This document shows, in pieces, positions 31,571-41,044 of a stretch of DNA of 64,000 bases; within the stretch, counting starts at the first letter, position 1; every line of letters starts with the position of its first letter. The DNA lies in assembly GCA_964413115.1 (NCBI GenBank), contig CAYPSQ010000002.1:8639-72638 (forward strand), in the 5' to 3' direction. The notes under the pieces were generated by a model. That model did not search any database. It saw only the letters and a list, made by a program, of their open reading frames with translations, and was not told the origin of the DNA. Source of the DNA: an uncultured Rhizobiaceae bacterium. Its GTDB lineage: Bacteria > Pseudomonadota > Alphaproteobacteria > UBA828. A program made the position numbers and the translations under genes.

Positions 31571-32692
31571 CTAAACCCGCATGGGCATGATGACATAAAC
31601 GGCGTTTTCATCTTCCGAATCGCGTACCAAGGTGGGCGACGCTGAATCCGCAAGATGAAATTCGATGGTTTCGCCTGCTATCTGTTTAGCCATATCGAGC
31701 ACATACCGGGAGTTGAAGCCAATATCTATTTTTTCCAAGTTGTACTGCGCGTCGAGTTCTTCCGACGCTGCACCTGCATCCGGACTAGTCGCCGACAAAG
31801 TCATTTGAGAGTCTTCGAGAGCGATTTTTATGGCCCGCGATTTCTCTGTCGAAATCGTCGAGACGCGATCGACCGCTTTTATGAAGGCCTGCTTGTCGAC
31901 GGTCATGATCTTATCGTTCGCCGACGGAATAACGCGCTCATAATCAGGAAAAGAGCCGTCGATCAATTTAGAAGTCAGGATCGCGCCATCGAAGGCGAAG
32001 CGGACCTTGCTATCTGAAAGTGCAATCATCACGTCACCATCGCTCTCATCGATCAGCTTTCGCAGTTCGGCCACGGTCTTACGTGGAATGATGACTCCGG
32101 GAATGTTTTCCGCACCCGCCGGTAAGGCGGTATCAACCCGCGCTAGGCGATGTCCATCCGTTGCCACGGCGCGCAAACACTTGGCGCCTTCGCCGTCCAC
32201 CGCATGCAAATATATGCCGTTCAAATAATATCGCGTTTCCTCAGTCGATATTGCGAAGCCGGTCTTGTCGATCAGACGCTTGAGATCGCTGGCAGAGATC
32301 GCAAATCGGTGGTCTAGCTCGCCCTCGGCCATGACCGGGAAATCTTCGACGGGTAGACACGCCAACATAAATCGCGAACGGCCCGAACAAATTTGCAACT
32401 TGCCGCCATCCTGGATCAATGAAATCTCGACTTGGGCGCCTTCGGCCAACTTGCGTACGATATCATACAACATTTGGGCAGATGTTGTTGTAGCACCGGA
32501 TTGCACCACATTTGCGGGCGCCGCTTCGATCACCGCCAGGTCCATGTCCGTGGCCGTCAGGTGTAACTTCTCATCGTCCCCTACATCGAGCCGGACATTA
32601 GAGAGAATTGGAATCGTGTTGCGTCTCTCGACGACGCTCTGAACATGCCCGAGGGACTTCAGCAGCGCACTCCGTTCAATGGTTAATTTCAT
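31571..32692 (-). CDS. dnaN: DNA polymerase III beta subunit (sliding clamp)
   Basis: MKLTIERSALLKSL N-terminus. 373 aa. Confidence 0.93.
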   Translation of the reverse strand: MKLTIERSALLKSLGHVQSVVERRNTIPILSNVRLDVGDDEKLHLTATDMDLAVIEAAPANVVQSGATTTSAQMLYDIVRKLAEGAQVEISLIQDGGKLQICSGRSRFMLACLPVEDFPVMAEGELDHRFAISASDLKRLIDKTGFAISTEETRYYLNGIYLHAVDGEGAKCLRAVATDGHRLARVDTALPAGAENIPGVIIPRKTVAELRKLIDESDGDVMIALSDSKVRFAFDGAILTSKLIDGSFPDYERVIPSANDKIMTVDKQAFIKAVDRVSTISTEKSRAIKIALEDSQMTLSATSPDAGAASEELDAQYNLEKIDIGFNSRYVLDMAKQIAGETIEFHLADSASPTLVRDSEDENAVYVIMPMRV

Positions 32693-32896
32693 AGCAATAC
32701 AATGCGTGTTATCGATTTAAAATCAGCTGGGCTTAGGTTCCGAATCCAGCCGTTCCGGCGTCATTCGAGTTGCAGCGAATCGGAACTTTAAAACCATGGT
32801 TAAATATAACAGATAGGGGTCAGATTCGGCACTAAAAACACGCGTTGAAGGTGCGCTGGGTCAGCCCTGGAAATAGCGTTCCAGGTGGCCGATTTT

Positions 32897-34333
32897 CTAG
32901 CTTTCGAGGGTGCGTTTGAGAAGTTCCACGTCTTCCGCGATGGCCGCGTCGCTGAGGCGCAACTCTTCGATCTTCCGCACCGCGTGCATGACGGTTGTAT
33001 GATCGCGTCCCCCGAACTTGCGACCGATTTCAGGCAGCGAGCGCGAAGTCAATTGCTTGCTTAGAAACATCGCCACTTGGCGCGGACGGGCGACCGCACG
33101 AGCGCGACGTTCGGACGACATTTCCGATAGTTTGATATTGTAATGCTCGGCCACCCGGCGCTGGATTTCCTCAATCGTGATGCGCCGCTCGCTTGCTCGT
33201 AACACGTCGCGCAGGACTTCTTTTGCCATTTCCAGATCGATTTGGCGCCCTACCAGGGTGGAATGGGCGGTCACCCGGTTGAGGGCCATTTCTAATTCTC
33301 GGATATTGCTAGTGATTCGCCGCGCCAGGAATTCCAACACGTCGCGGGGCACGTCGACAGAGCCGATCGTTTCAATTTTCGCCAGAAGAATGCCGAGCCG
33401 GAGCTCGTAGGTGGTGGCGTGAATATCCGCCACCAGCCCCCAGCCGAGACGGGAGCGCAAGCGTTCCTCCATGGCGTCGAGATCGGATGGCGACCGGTCA
33501 CCGGATATCACAACCTGCCGGTTGTGATCGATCAACACGTTGAATGTATGGAAGAACTCTTCCTGAGTACTGTCCTTTCCGCAGATGAATTGGACATCGT
33601 CAATCATCAAGACATCAGCGGAGCGGAACTGTTCCTTGAACTCCATGGTGTCTTTGTAGCGAACCGCCCGAACGAAGTGATACATAAACTTCTCGGCCGA
33701 TAGATAGAGCACCCTACGGCTCGGGTCGCGTTCGCGGATATGACGCGCCATGGCGTGCATAAGATGAGTCTTGCCGAGGCCGACGCCGCCATACAGATAA
33801 AGTGGGTTAAACGGCACCTTGTCCGCTTCGGCCACGCGGCGCGCTGCAGCATGCGCGAATTCATTAGGTTTGCCGACAACAAATTCCGAAAATCCGAATC
33901 GTGGGTTAAGCGGTGAAGAGAGGGTGTCGACTTCCTCTTCAATCGCACGCAGGTGTAGGAAAGAACCACGTCCCGGTGCTTCGTCCAGCACCGGGGTCGA
34001 TGAAGTCGGCCGCTGCGGATTGATTTTCTGCAGCGTGCCTAGAGCTGGCGAGATAGCACTAAAGGTGACCACCTCGATCGTTACGACGCGGACATCGGGG
34101 TTCATCTCATGCCACAATTCAGCAATGCGGTCGGCATAGCGGGCGCTCACCCAGTCGCGCAGAAATCGCGTTGGCGCCGCTACCAGGGCCTTGCCATTCT
34201 CAATGTGGCGCAGTTTCAGGGGCTTCAACCAGCTGCGAAAAGCGGCATCGCCCAACTCTTCTTGGAGGCGCGCGCGGATGGCGGACCATTGGGCTTCATG
34301 GGGCGGATACGCAGATTTAGTTGTATTCGGCAT
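32897..34333 (-). CDS. dnaA: Chromosomal replication initiator DnaA
   Basis: AAA+ Walker A GGVGLGKTHLMHA and C-terminal DnaA-box binding domain. 478 aa. Confidence 0.95.
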   Translation of the reverse strand: MPNTTKSAYPPHEAQWSAIRARLQEELGDAAFRSWLKPLKLRHIENGKALVAAPTRFLRDWVSARYADRIAELWHEMNPDVRVVTIEVVTFSAISPALGTLQKINPQRPTSSTPVLDEAPGRGSFLHLRAIEEEVDTLSSPLNPRFGFSEFVVGKPNEFAHAAARRVAEADKVPFNPLYLYGGVGLGKTHLMHAMARHIRERDPSRRVLYLSAEKFMYHFVRAVRYKDTMEFKEQFRSADVLMIDDVQFICGKDSTQEEFFHTFNVLIDHNRQVVISGDRSPSDLDAMEERLRSRLGWGLVADIHATTYELRLGILLAKIETIGSVDVPRDVLEFLARRITSNIRELEMALNRVTAHSTLVGRQIDLEMAKEVLRDVLRASERRITIEEIQRRVAEHYNIKLSEMSSERRARAVARPRQVAMFLSKQLTSRSLPEIGRKFGGRDHTTVMHAVRKIEELRLSDAAIAEDVELLKRTLES

Positions 34334-34336
34334 CTG

Positions 34337-34852
34337 CTAGCCTTGAACCCATGGCAGCGCATGCATTTTCCAGCCGGATATTGTGCCACGGTGTTTGTCC
34401 GCGTCTGGCACGCCTTCAAACCCTTCCATGATATTGTAACAATTAGCGAAACCTTCAGCCGTACAGTGTTCTGCCGCCGCTGCGGAGCGCGCGCCGCTAC
34501 GGCATATAAAAAGAGCTGGTGCTGAGGATGGAACGCCGGCGCGCGCCAGGTCGAACGCAAATTCGTGGTTTTGCGACATGTCCGGAAAGCGCTGCCAGGA
34601 AATCAGCATCGGTTCTTTATTCAGTGAGCTGAGCTCGGGCACACCGACAAAATTCCACTCAGCATCGGTGCGCACGTCTACAAGCACGGCGTTAGTGTCG
34701 TCCGCGAGAATCTGCCAAGCTTCGCCCGGCGTGACATCACCGGCATAAGAAAACCCGGGCGCAAGCCGTTCCTTGGCTGTGCGCCACAAGCTGTCCCAAT
34801 CGACTCCCACCGTTGCTCCAGGCGCAATATTATTGTTGGTTACACTGCTCAT
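34337..34852 (-). CDS. Single-domain rhodanese-like protein (putative sulfurtransferase)
   Basis: Rhodanese fold with active-site loop CRSGARS. Stop codon is one codon upstream of, and in frame with, the dnaA ATG. Confidence 0.75.
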   Translation of the reverse strand: MSSVTNNNIAPGATVGVDWDSLWRTAKERLAPGFSYAGDVTPGEAWQILADDTNAVLVDVRTDAEWNFVGVPELSSLNKEPMLISWQRFPDMSQNHEFAFDLARAGVPSSAPALFICRSGARSAAAAEHCTAEGFANCYNIMEGFEGVPDADKHRGTISGWKMHALPWVQG

Positions 34853-35151
34853 GTCTGCTGAAAATTGGCCAAATCTCCCCGTTTGCGGCGCCTATTTTTT
34901 TAGCGCACCGCAAATTTACCCTTCTAAATTTTGTTGCCCCGCCAAGTTTTTTGGCGAGTGATCTTAGAGTAATGGCGTGGTGAAGGACTGGCAACAGGTC
35001 CGAAATAGGAACGTCAAATTTATTTTGCGCTTTTTCATGTCGCCAGCGTGAGCCTCGAACTGAGCGGTTAAAGCTAAGCGATTGGACTCTCAGCACAAGC
35101 CGCGATTGCTGGGTAATTTAGAGCTCAGGCTGATAGCGCGGGAAATATGTC

Positions 35152-35195
35152 ACAGGAAAATTTTTTTGCCCGGCGATATTATCAGCGCGGGCGGT
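35152..35195 (-). terminator. Putative intrinsic terminator downstream of rpsT (weak stem GCCCG/CGGGC followed by an A7U4 run)
   Basis: Inverted repeat at 35168-35192, flanked by an A/T homopolymer run at 35154-35167. Confidence 0.35.
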
Positions 35196-35208
35196 AGTGT
35201 TTATAATA

Positions 35209-35472
35209 CTAACTGAGCGCCTTGATGCGTTTATTGAGGCGGGAGATACGCCGTGCGGCCATGTTTAGGTGTAACACGCCCTTGGTGACGCCACGCATGA
35301 TTTCCGGCTGAAACACCTTCAAGGCTTCTTGCGCCGCTGGCTTGTCGCCGCTTTGGATCGCGTGTTCGACGTTCTGCATATAGGTCCGAATCCGGCTCAT
35401 CCGCGTGCGGTTGATTTCCGTACTCTTTACCAGTTGCCGAATTCGTTTTTTGGCCTGCACGGTGTGCGCCAT
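35209..35472 (-). CDS. rpsT: 30S ribosomal protein S20
   Basis: [13 protein letters not shown]... 87 aa, basic. Typical S20. Confidence 0.92.
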   Translation of the reverse strand: MAHTVQAKKRIRQLVKSTEINRTRMSRIRTYMQNVEHAIQSGDKPAAQEALKVFQPEIMRGVTKGVLHLNMAARRISRLNKRIKALS

Positions 35473-35561
35473 GGCGTACCTATGAAAATCTGTTTCGGGA
35501 AGCGCGGTTATATCGGCACGTCAAGCTGGCGTCAACCGCGCTCACCGCTTTGATCGCGCGG

Positions 35562-36335
35562 CTATTTATTGCTGAATGAGGGCTCACGTTTGTTGACAAA
35601 GGCGGCCATGCCCTCTTTCTGGTCTTCAGTGGCGAACGTCGAATAAAATAGTGCCCGTTCATAGCGCACTCCCTCCGCCAAAATCGTCTCGTACGCTGAA
35701 TTTACGGCGGATTTTGCCATTGCAACAATGGGTTGCGAGAGATGAGCGATGCGCTCAGCGACCTTCATCGTTTCGCCCGCTAATTCCGCCGCCGGTACTA
35801 CCCGACTAACTAAATTGGCGCGCTCCGCTTCCTCGGCACCAATCATGCGCCCGGAGAGAATCATTTCCATGGCTTTAGCCTTGCCGATTGCACGGGTCAG
35901 GCGTTGTGTCCCACCGGCGCCAGGAATGACCCCCAGGGTGATTTCCGGCTGGCCAAATTTGGCGGTATCGGCGGCGATGATAAAATCACACATCATGGCA
36001 AGTTCGCAGCCGCCACCAAGCGCATATCCCGCGACTGCGGCGATCACCGGCTTGCGGCAACGGGTGACTCGCTCCCACGGGCCAATGAAATCTCCCGAAT
36101 AGGCATCGGAAAATCCCTTGCTCTGCATTTCCTTGATGTCGGCGCCGGCGGCAAAGGCTTTTTCGCTTCCGGTTATGACAATCACGCCAATCGCCTTGTC
36201 CGCTTCGAGGTCATCTAACGCCGCGTTGAGTTCAACGATCAATTCAGCATTGAGGGCGTTGAGCGCTTTTGGTCGGTTGAGGGTGATTTTCGCGACCCGT
36301 TCCGTGCGGTCGAGGATGATGTTTTGATAAGACAT
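35562..36335 (-). CDS. Enoyl-CoA hydratase (crotonase family)
   Basis: [13 protein letters not shown] ... [11 protein letters not shown] crotonase motifs. 257 aa. Confidence 0.88.
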   Translation of the reverse strand: MSYQNIILDRTERVAKITLNRPKALNALNAELIVELNAALDDLEADKAIGVIVITGSEKAFAAGADIKEMQSKGFSDAYSGDFIGPWERVTRCRKPVIAAVAGYALGGGCELAMMCDFIIAADTAKFGQPEITLGVIPGAGGTQRLTRAIGKAKAMEMILSGRMIGAEEAERANLVSRVVPAAELAGETMKVAERIAHLSQPIVAMAKSAVNSAYETILAEGVRYERALFYSTFATEDQKEGMAAFVNKREPSFSNK

Positions 36336-36377
36336 GGCCGTTGCTCCGTCTTTTGCGCCTGCCTATCGAGGCGGCCT

Positions 36378-36794
36378 TTATTGCGATGAATTGGGGGAAA
36401 GCACGAACCGAACCACCAGCAAGCGCCCTTCTGGAATGAGATCTATGCGTAACATCTCTCCTTCGCGCGAAAATACAAGCCCGTCGATGATATACCAGCC
36501 GAGTTCCGGCAATACGGCGCGGTAAAACGCGGCGGCATCTTCCGCCGTGATTTTGCCGTAAGCGTAGGTTTCGACAAGACGCCCGTCCGGTTTGTCGAAG
36601 TTGAGCGCTGGCGTTCTTTCTTCCGTAAGGCCACTCATCAAGGGGACTTCCTCGATGGCGATGAGAAACGCTGGGGGGTCGGTCGCGGTAAAGGCGACGG
36701 ATGGTGTGGCGACTAGCGAGACTGCTAAGAGACCAGCAGACAGCATAGTCCAACCCACTACAGCCCAACAAAATAGTAGCACGCGTCCGGGCAT
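36378..36794 (-). CDS. Hypothetical exported/membrane-anchored protein
   Basis: N-terminal hydrophobic segment followed by a ~100-aa soluble domain. Start placed at MPGRVLLF (36794) so that it abuts the fpg stop. The ORF track extends to 36881. Confidence 0.45.
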   Translation of the reverse strand: MPGRVLLFCWAVVGWTMLSAGLLAVSLVATPSVAFTATDPPAFLIAIEEVPLMSGLTEERTPALNFDKPDGRLVETYAYGKITAEDAAAFYRAVLPELGWYIIDGLVFSREGEMLRIDLIPEGRLLVVRFVLSPNSSQ

Positions 36795-37624
36795 CAGCAC
36801 TGACGTCTGGCGCAATAGAAGGTTGAGCGCCCGCTTTGCACGATGCGTTTTACTGCCTGTTCGCAATCGCATTTCGGGCACGGCTCCCCTTCGCGTCCAT
36901 AGACCGAGAATTGATGCTGAAAATAGCCTAATTCGCCGCTCGTTTGAACATAATCACGCAGCGAGGAGCCACCGGCCCGAAGCGCTCTATCGAGAACTTT
37001 ACGTATCGTCGCTACCAATCGTTCAGCACGAACACCCTGCACCGTATGGGCTGAGCGCCGCGGGCTGATGCCGGCACCGAACAGTGCCTCGCAAACATAA
37101 ATATTGCCGAGCCCGGCGACGACTCTCTGGTCCAACAGCGCCGCTTTAATGGGTGAATGCTTACCTGCCAACCGGGCTGCCAAACTGGGGCCATTGAACG
37201 CATTGCCGAGAGGATCAGGCCCCATTTTGGCGAGCAATCGATGGTCCTCCACCTCGGATTCTAGGCATATCGTCATCAGGCCGAAGCGGCGCGGATCGGT
37301 ATAGGTGACGATAGTGCCGTCGGCCATGCGGAAAACCACATGATCATGTGGCCCTTCTGGCAATGCGCCTGCTTCACCGAGGGTAAAGCGGCCCGACATG
37401 CCTAAATGGATGATCAGCACGTTCCTGTCATCAAGATAGGCGAGGATGTATTTACCGCGCCGCTCCAACCGTTCAATGCGCTGGCCCGTCATGCGCGTGG
37501 CAAAATTGTCCGGTAATGGGATGCGCAGGGTCTGCCGGCGCGTTTCGGCATAGGCGATGCGCTGGCCAAGAAGGCGCTTCTCCAGGCCGCGCCGGACCGT
37601 TTCCACTTCGGGCAATTCTGGCAT
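36794..37624 (-). CDS. fpg: Formamidopyrimidine-DNA glycosylase
   Basis: [15 protein letters not shown]-terminus (catalytic Pro2, Glu3). C-terminal zinc finger CPKCDCEQ. Confidence 0.93.
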   Translation of the reverse strand: MPELPEVETVRRGLEKRLLGQRIAYAETRRQTLRIPLPDNFATRMTGQRIERLERRGKYILAYLDDRNVLIIHLGMSGRFTLGEAGALPEGPHDHVVFRMADGTIVTYTDPRRFGLMTICLESEVEDHRLLAKMGPDPLGNAFNGPSLAARLAGKHSPIKAALLDQRVVAGLGNIYVCEALFGAGISPRRSAHTVQGVRAERLVATIRKVLDRALRAGGSSLRDYVQTSGELGYFQHQFSVYGREGEPCPKCDCEQAVKRIVQSGRSTFYCARRQC

Positions 37625-37670
37625 GGACCGTAACGTAGCGCCTTCGGGAGTGCTAGGCTATCCTTCGCTA

Positions 37671-38441
37671 ATGTCAGATACGGAAAATCACGGCGGCGAC
37701 AGCGAACAGGTAGATTTCGGATATCGGCGCATCGAGGCCGGGGCAAAAACACAGCTCGTGCGCGGCCTGTTCGACCGCGTAGCCAAACGCTACGACCTCA
37801 TGAATGACCTCATGAGCGCCGGTGCTCATCGCGTATGGAAGCGCCAACTGATCGATTGGCTGGCCCCCAAGCCGGGGTTGCGTCTTCTGGACGTCGCTGG
37901 CGGCACTGGTGATATCGCCTTTCGCGTGAACGCGCGCCTCGCCGGTGAAGCTGAGATCACCGTCTGCGATTTGAGTGAAAACATGGTTTCCGAAGGGCGC
38001 ATGCGGAGCTGGGACCGGGGTATTGTCACCGGTATCGATTGGCTAGTCGGTGATGCTGAAGCCCTGCCAATGGCCGCCAACAGTGCCGATGTTTACACCA
38101 TCGCCTTTGGCATTCGCAACGTGACCCATATCGACAAAGCCTTAGCGGAGGCGGCGCGGGTGTTAAAGCCGGGTGGGCGCTTTCTTTGCCTGGAATTCAG
38201 CCCCGAACAGGCGCCGGGCCTAGATCGCCTATACGAGATTTATTCCTTTTCAGTCATTCCGCTACTTGGTGGGATCGTCGCCGGGGATCGTGACTCATAC
38301 CGTTATTTGGTGGAAAGCATCCGCCGCTTCCCAGCACCTGGACCTTTTGCCGAGATGATCCGCCAAGCCGGCTTCGGCGGGGTTAACTGGCGCCCGTTAA
38401 GCGGTGGTATCGCGGCAATGCATTCCGCTTGGCGTGTCTAA
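37671..38441 (+). CDS. ubiE: Ubiquinone/menaquinone biosynthesis C-methyltransferase UbiE
   Basis: VAKRYDLMNDLMSAGAHRVWK and SAM motif LLDVAGGTGD. Start at MSDTENHGG (37671) preferred over the 37557 ORF-track start. Confidence 0.85.
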   Translation: MSDTENHGGDSEQVDFGYRRIEAGAKTQLVRGLFDRVAKRYDLMNDLMSAGAHRVWKRQLIDWLAPKPGLRLLDVAGGTGDIAFRVNARLAGEAEITVCDLSENMVSEGRMRSWDRGIVTGIDWLVGDAEALPMAANSADVYTIAFGIRNVTHIDKALAEAARVLKPGGRFLCLEFSPEQAPGLDRLYEIYSFSVIPLLGGIVAGDRDSYRYLVESIRRFPAPGPFAEMIRQAGFGGVNWRPLSGGIAAMHSAWRV

Positions 38442-38450
38442 CCGCGGCAC

Positions 38451-39992
38451 TTGGAGATGCGACGGACGGTAAAAAACATTTGGCGCTTGGTGCGAGTCAC
38501 CTGGATTCTCGGGCGCTATGACGCGCTCTTTCTGTTGACGGACGCTAAGATTGCGCCCTTCATCACCTGGATTGCGGGCCTAGCGCCACGGCGCCGAGGA
38601 TTAGGCCGCAAAGGCGAACGCCTAGCCGCCGCGCTCCAGGTCCTGGGCCCGAGTTTCATAAAGTTTGGCCAGGCGCTTTCCACCCGCCCCGACTTGATCG
38701 GCGAGGAAGTGGCGAGTGAATTGTCCGAATTACAGGACCGCTTGCCGCCGTTCAGCGGTCGGGCCGCGCGGCAAATTGTCGAGCGCGAGCTCAACCAACC
38801 GCTCGACACGCTATTCGCCGAATTCGATATTGAGCCGGTCGCCGCTGCCTCCATCGCCCAGGTGCATCTCGCTCGCACGATCGAGGGTGATGCCGTTGCG
38901 GTAAAGATCTTACGCCCTGGTATCGAAAACGCGTTTGCTCGCGATCTCGAGCTGTTTTATTGGCTGGCGGGGCTCTCTGAGCGTGCCCTGCCCGCTTGGC
39001 GCCGTCTCAAGCCTGTCGAAGTGATCCGCACCTTCGCCGACAGTGTGGCGATGGAAATGGATTTGCGCATCGAGGCTGCGGCGGCGTCAGAAATACGCAG
39101 GAATTTTTTGGACGATCCCATGTATAGTGTGCCGAAAGTGGATTGGCAGCGCACCAGCCAGCGCGTCCTGACGCTGGAGCGGGTCGAGGGCTTGTCGATC
39201 GATGAACGCGAAAAGCTAGAAGAGTCTGGTTTTGATCCGTGCGAAATTCTGAAAGTCACCGCTGGTGCGTTCTTCCGACAAGTCTTTCGGGACGGATTTT
39301 TCCATGCCGATCTCCATGCCGGCAATCTCCTGGTTGATGCAGAAGGCCGGGTGAATGCAGTTGATTTTGGTATCATGGGCCGGCTTGACCGCGATACGCG
39401 GCGCTATTTGGCGGAAATGCTATTGGGTTTTCTGCTCCGCAATTACGAGCGCGTCGCCGAGGTGCATTTTGAGGCCGGTTATGTTCCGAGGCATAAATCC
39501 AAAGCCGCTTTCACCCAGGCAATTCGCTCGATCGGAGAGCCGATCCTTGGCAAACCACTTCATGAAATCTCGCTCGGGCAACTACTCGGGCATCTTTTCA
39601 AAGTTACCAAAACTTTTGAAATGGAAACCCAACCACAGCTTCTGCTGTTGCAGAAAACCTTGTTGATGGCTGAGGGCCTTTGCCGGCGCCTCAACCCGGA
39701 AGCAAATATGTGGGCCCTGGCGCAACCGCAGATCGAGCGCTGGGCGCGCGAAAACCTTGGTCCTGAGGCGCGCTTGCGCGATTCCGTGGTGGAATCCGTG
39801 GCGGCGCTCCGGCTCGTGCCGCGGGTGCTGGAGCGCGCCGAAAGTGCGCTGGAAAAATTTGAAAACGGAGACACCGGGGGTGGTGGCGCGCAACATGGCA
39901 CTCGGCGCAGAGGCCGTCTTGACGGCTTGCATGTGGCGCTTGGCTTGATAGCCGCTCTCTTGGCGGCGCTATTGATTCTACAATTGACTTAA
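38451..39992 (+). CDS. ubiB: Ubiquinone biosynthesis protein UbiB (ABC1/ADCK kinase-like)
   Basis: KFGQALSTRPDLIGEE and AAASIAQVH ABC1 motifs. 513 aa with C-terminal TM segment. Confidence 0.88.
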   Translation: MEMRRTVKNIWRLVRVTWILGRYDALFLLTDAKIAPFITWIAGLAPRRRGLGRKGERLAAALQVLGPSFIKFGQALSTRPDLIGEEVASELSELQDRLPPFSGRAARQIVERELNQPLDTLFAEFDIEPVAAASIAQVHLARTIEGDAVAVKILRPGIENAFARDLELFYWLAGLSERALPAWRRLKPVEVIRTFADSVAMEMDLRIEAAAASEIRRNFLDDPMYSVPKVDWQRTSQRVLTLERVEGLSIDEREKLEESGFDPCEILKVTAGAFFRQVFRDGFFHADLHAGNLLVDAEGRVNAVDFGIMGRLDRDTRRYLAEMLLGFLLRNYERVAEVHFEAGYVPRHKSKAAFTQAIRSIGEPILGKPLHEISLGQLLGHLFKVTKTFEMETQPQLLLLQKTLLMAEGLCRRLNPEANMWALAQPQIERWARENLGPEARLRDSVVESVAALRLVPRVLERAESALEKFENGDTGGGGAQHGTRRRGRLDGLHVALGLIAALLAALLILQLT

Positions 39993-40015
39993 ACGATATC
40001 TCTCTTCAAAACGCG

Positions 40016-41044
40016 TTACACCGAAATGCTGGATTCGGAAATTTGATCTTCCCGGGCCTTGAGCGTTGTTACTGCTTCTTCAAGTGACGTTCGCACAAAG
40101 TTTGCCGATTGAAACGGTTGCAATTGACCAACTGCCGACATGTCGCTTGAAATCACGACCCCAATCCTGGCGTAGCCGCCGATACTCGGCGAATCCACGC
40201 CAAGGACAATGGGCTCGACCCCAGATGGTACCTGAATTGTGCCCACTGGCGCGCCGGGATCAATCACCAGATTTGATGGGTCCTCGCCGGCCTCTTCCAC
40301 CAAATAGCCTGGCCGACCCGGGCGAAAGCCTAGCTCCGGGCCAATAAACCGCATTCCGGTGCGGTCCGATCTTGGGTTGAGTTTCCACGTGCTGGCATAG
40401 AATTCCGCCTCGCTCTCTGCACTGAAGTGATGCGCCTCGGGCCCACGCACCACCCTTACCTGGCGCTGGCCGGTATACGACGGCACCAACTCTGGCCGCA
40501 GTCGGCGCCCGGCAAGAGCGGGCAATTCGACGCGAGGCAGGCCCACTGGTACGTCATCACCGGTCTTGAGGGGGCGCCCTTTGAAGCCGCCGAATTTTCC
40601 ACGCGCATGGGTGGCGCGGCTGCCGAGATAGAGCGGCACATCAATGCCGCCATGAACGGCCAAATAGGCGCGCGCCCCGGATGTTGCCATACCGAAGGCT
40701 AACACCTGGTCGGCGCAGAGGACGAACGCCTGCCACAATGGTATCGGTGCACCGTCGCAAGTAGCGCCCATATCTGCCCCGGTAACCGCGACCAACAGGT
40801 CCGATCGGGCGCGGATTTCAAGCCCGGCCATGGTAATTTCGAGCCCGGCAGCGCCGGGGTCGTCTCGGATGATGAGCGGTCCGCCGGGCGAATTGCCGAC
40901 CAGCAGGTTGGCGATGCGCAAGGCGAAGCCATCCTGCGCGCCCGAGGGTGGGATGCCGAGCGATTGGCCACCCCGTCGGCCCATGTCCTGCACCGTCGTA
41001 TGAAGCCCGCCCTGTAGGACTTCGAGCATCACGCCAGGCTCCAC
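40016..41044 (-). CDS. pxpC: 5-oxoprolinase subunit C / KipA (allophanate hydrolase subunit 2 family)
   Basis: N-terminal LEVLQGGLHTTVQDMGRRGGQSLGIPPSGAQD matches the PxpC N-terminal signature. Confidence 0.75.
   Translation of the reverse strand: MEPGVMLEVLQGGLHTTVQDMGRRGGQSLGIPPSGAQDGFALRIANLLVGNSPGGPLIIRDDPGAAGLEITMAGLEIRARSDLLVAVTGADMGATCDGAPIPLWQAFVLCADQVLAFGMATSGARAYLAVHGGIDVPLYLGSRATHARGKFGGFKGRPLKTGDDVPVGLPRVELPALAGRRLRPELVPSYTGQRQVRVVRGPEAHHFSAESEAEFYASTWKLNPRSDRTGMRFIGPELGFRPGRPGYLVEEAGEDPSNLVIDPGAPVGTIQVPSGVEPIVLGVDSPSIGGYARIGVVISSDMSAVGQLQPFQSANFVRTSLEEAVTTLKAREDQISESSISV

Noticed and set aside
32693-32896. dnaA-dnaN spacer as a possible oriC with DnaA boxes.
   Set aside because: Only weak partial matches (for example TGTTATCGA) and no clustered 9-mers or obvious AT-rich unwinding element. 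Cannot be supported from sequence alone.
34830-35096. 88-aa minus-strand ORF within the rpsT-rhodanese intergenic region.
   Set aside because: Low-complexity basic translation with no homology, lying in an AT-rich regulatory spacer. More likely non-coding leader/promoter DNA.
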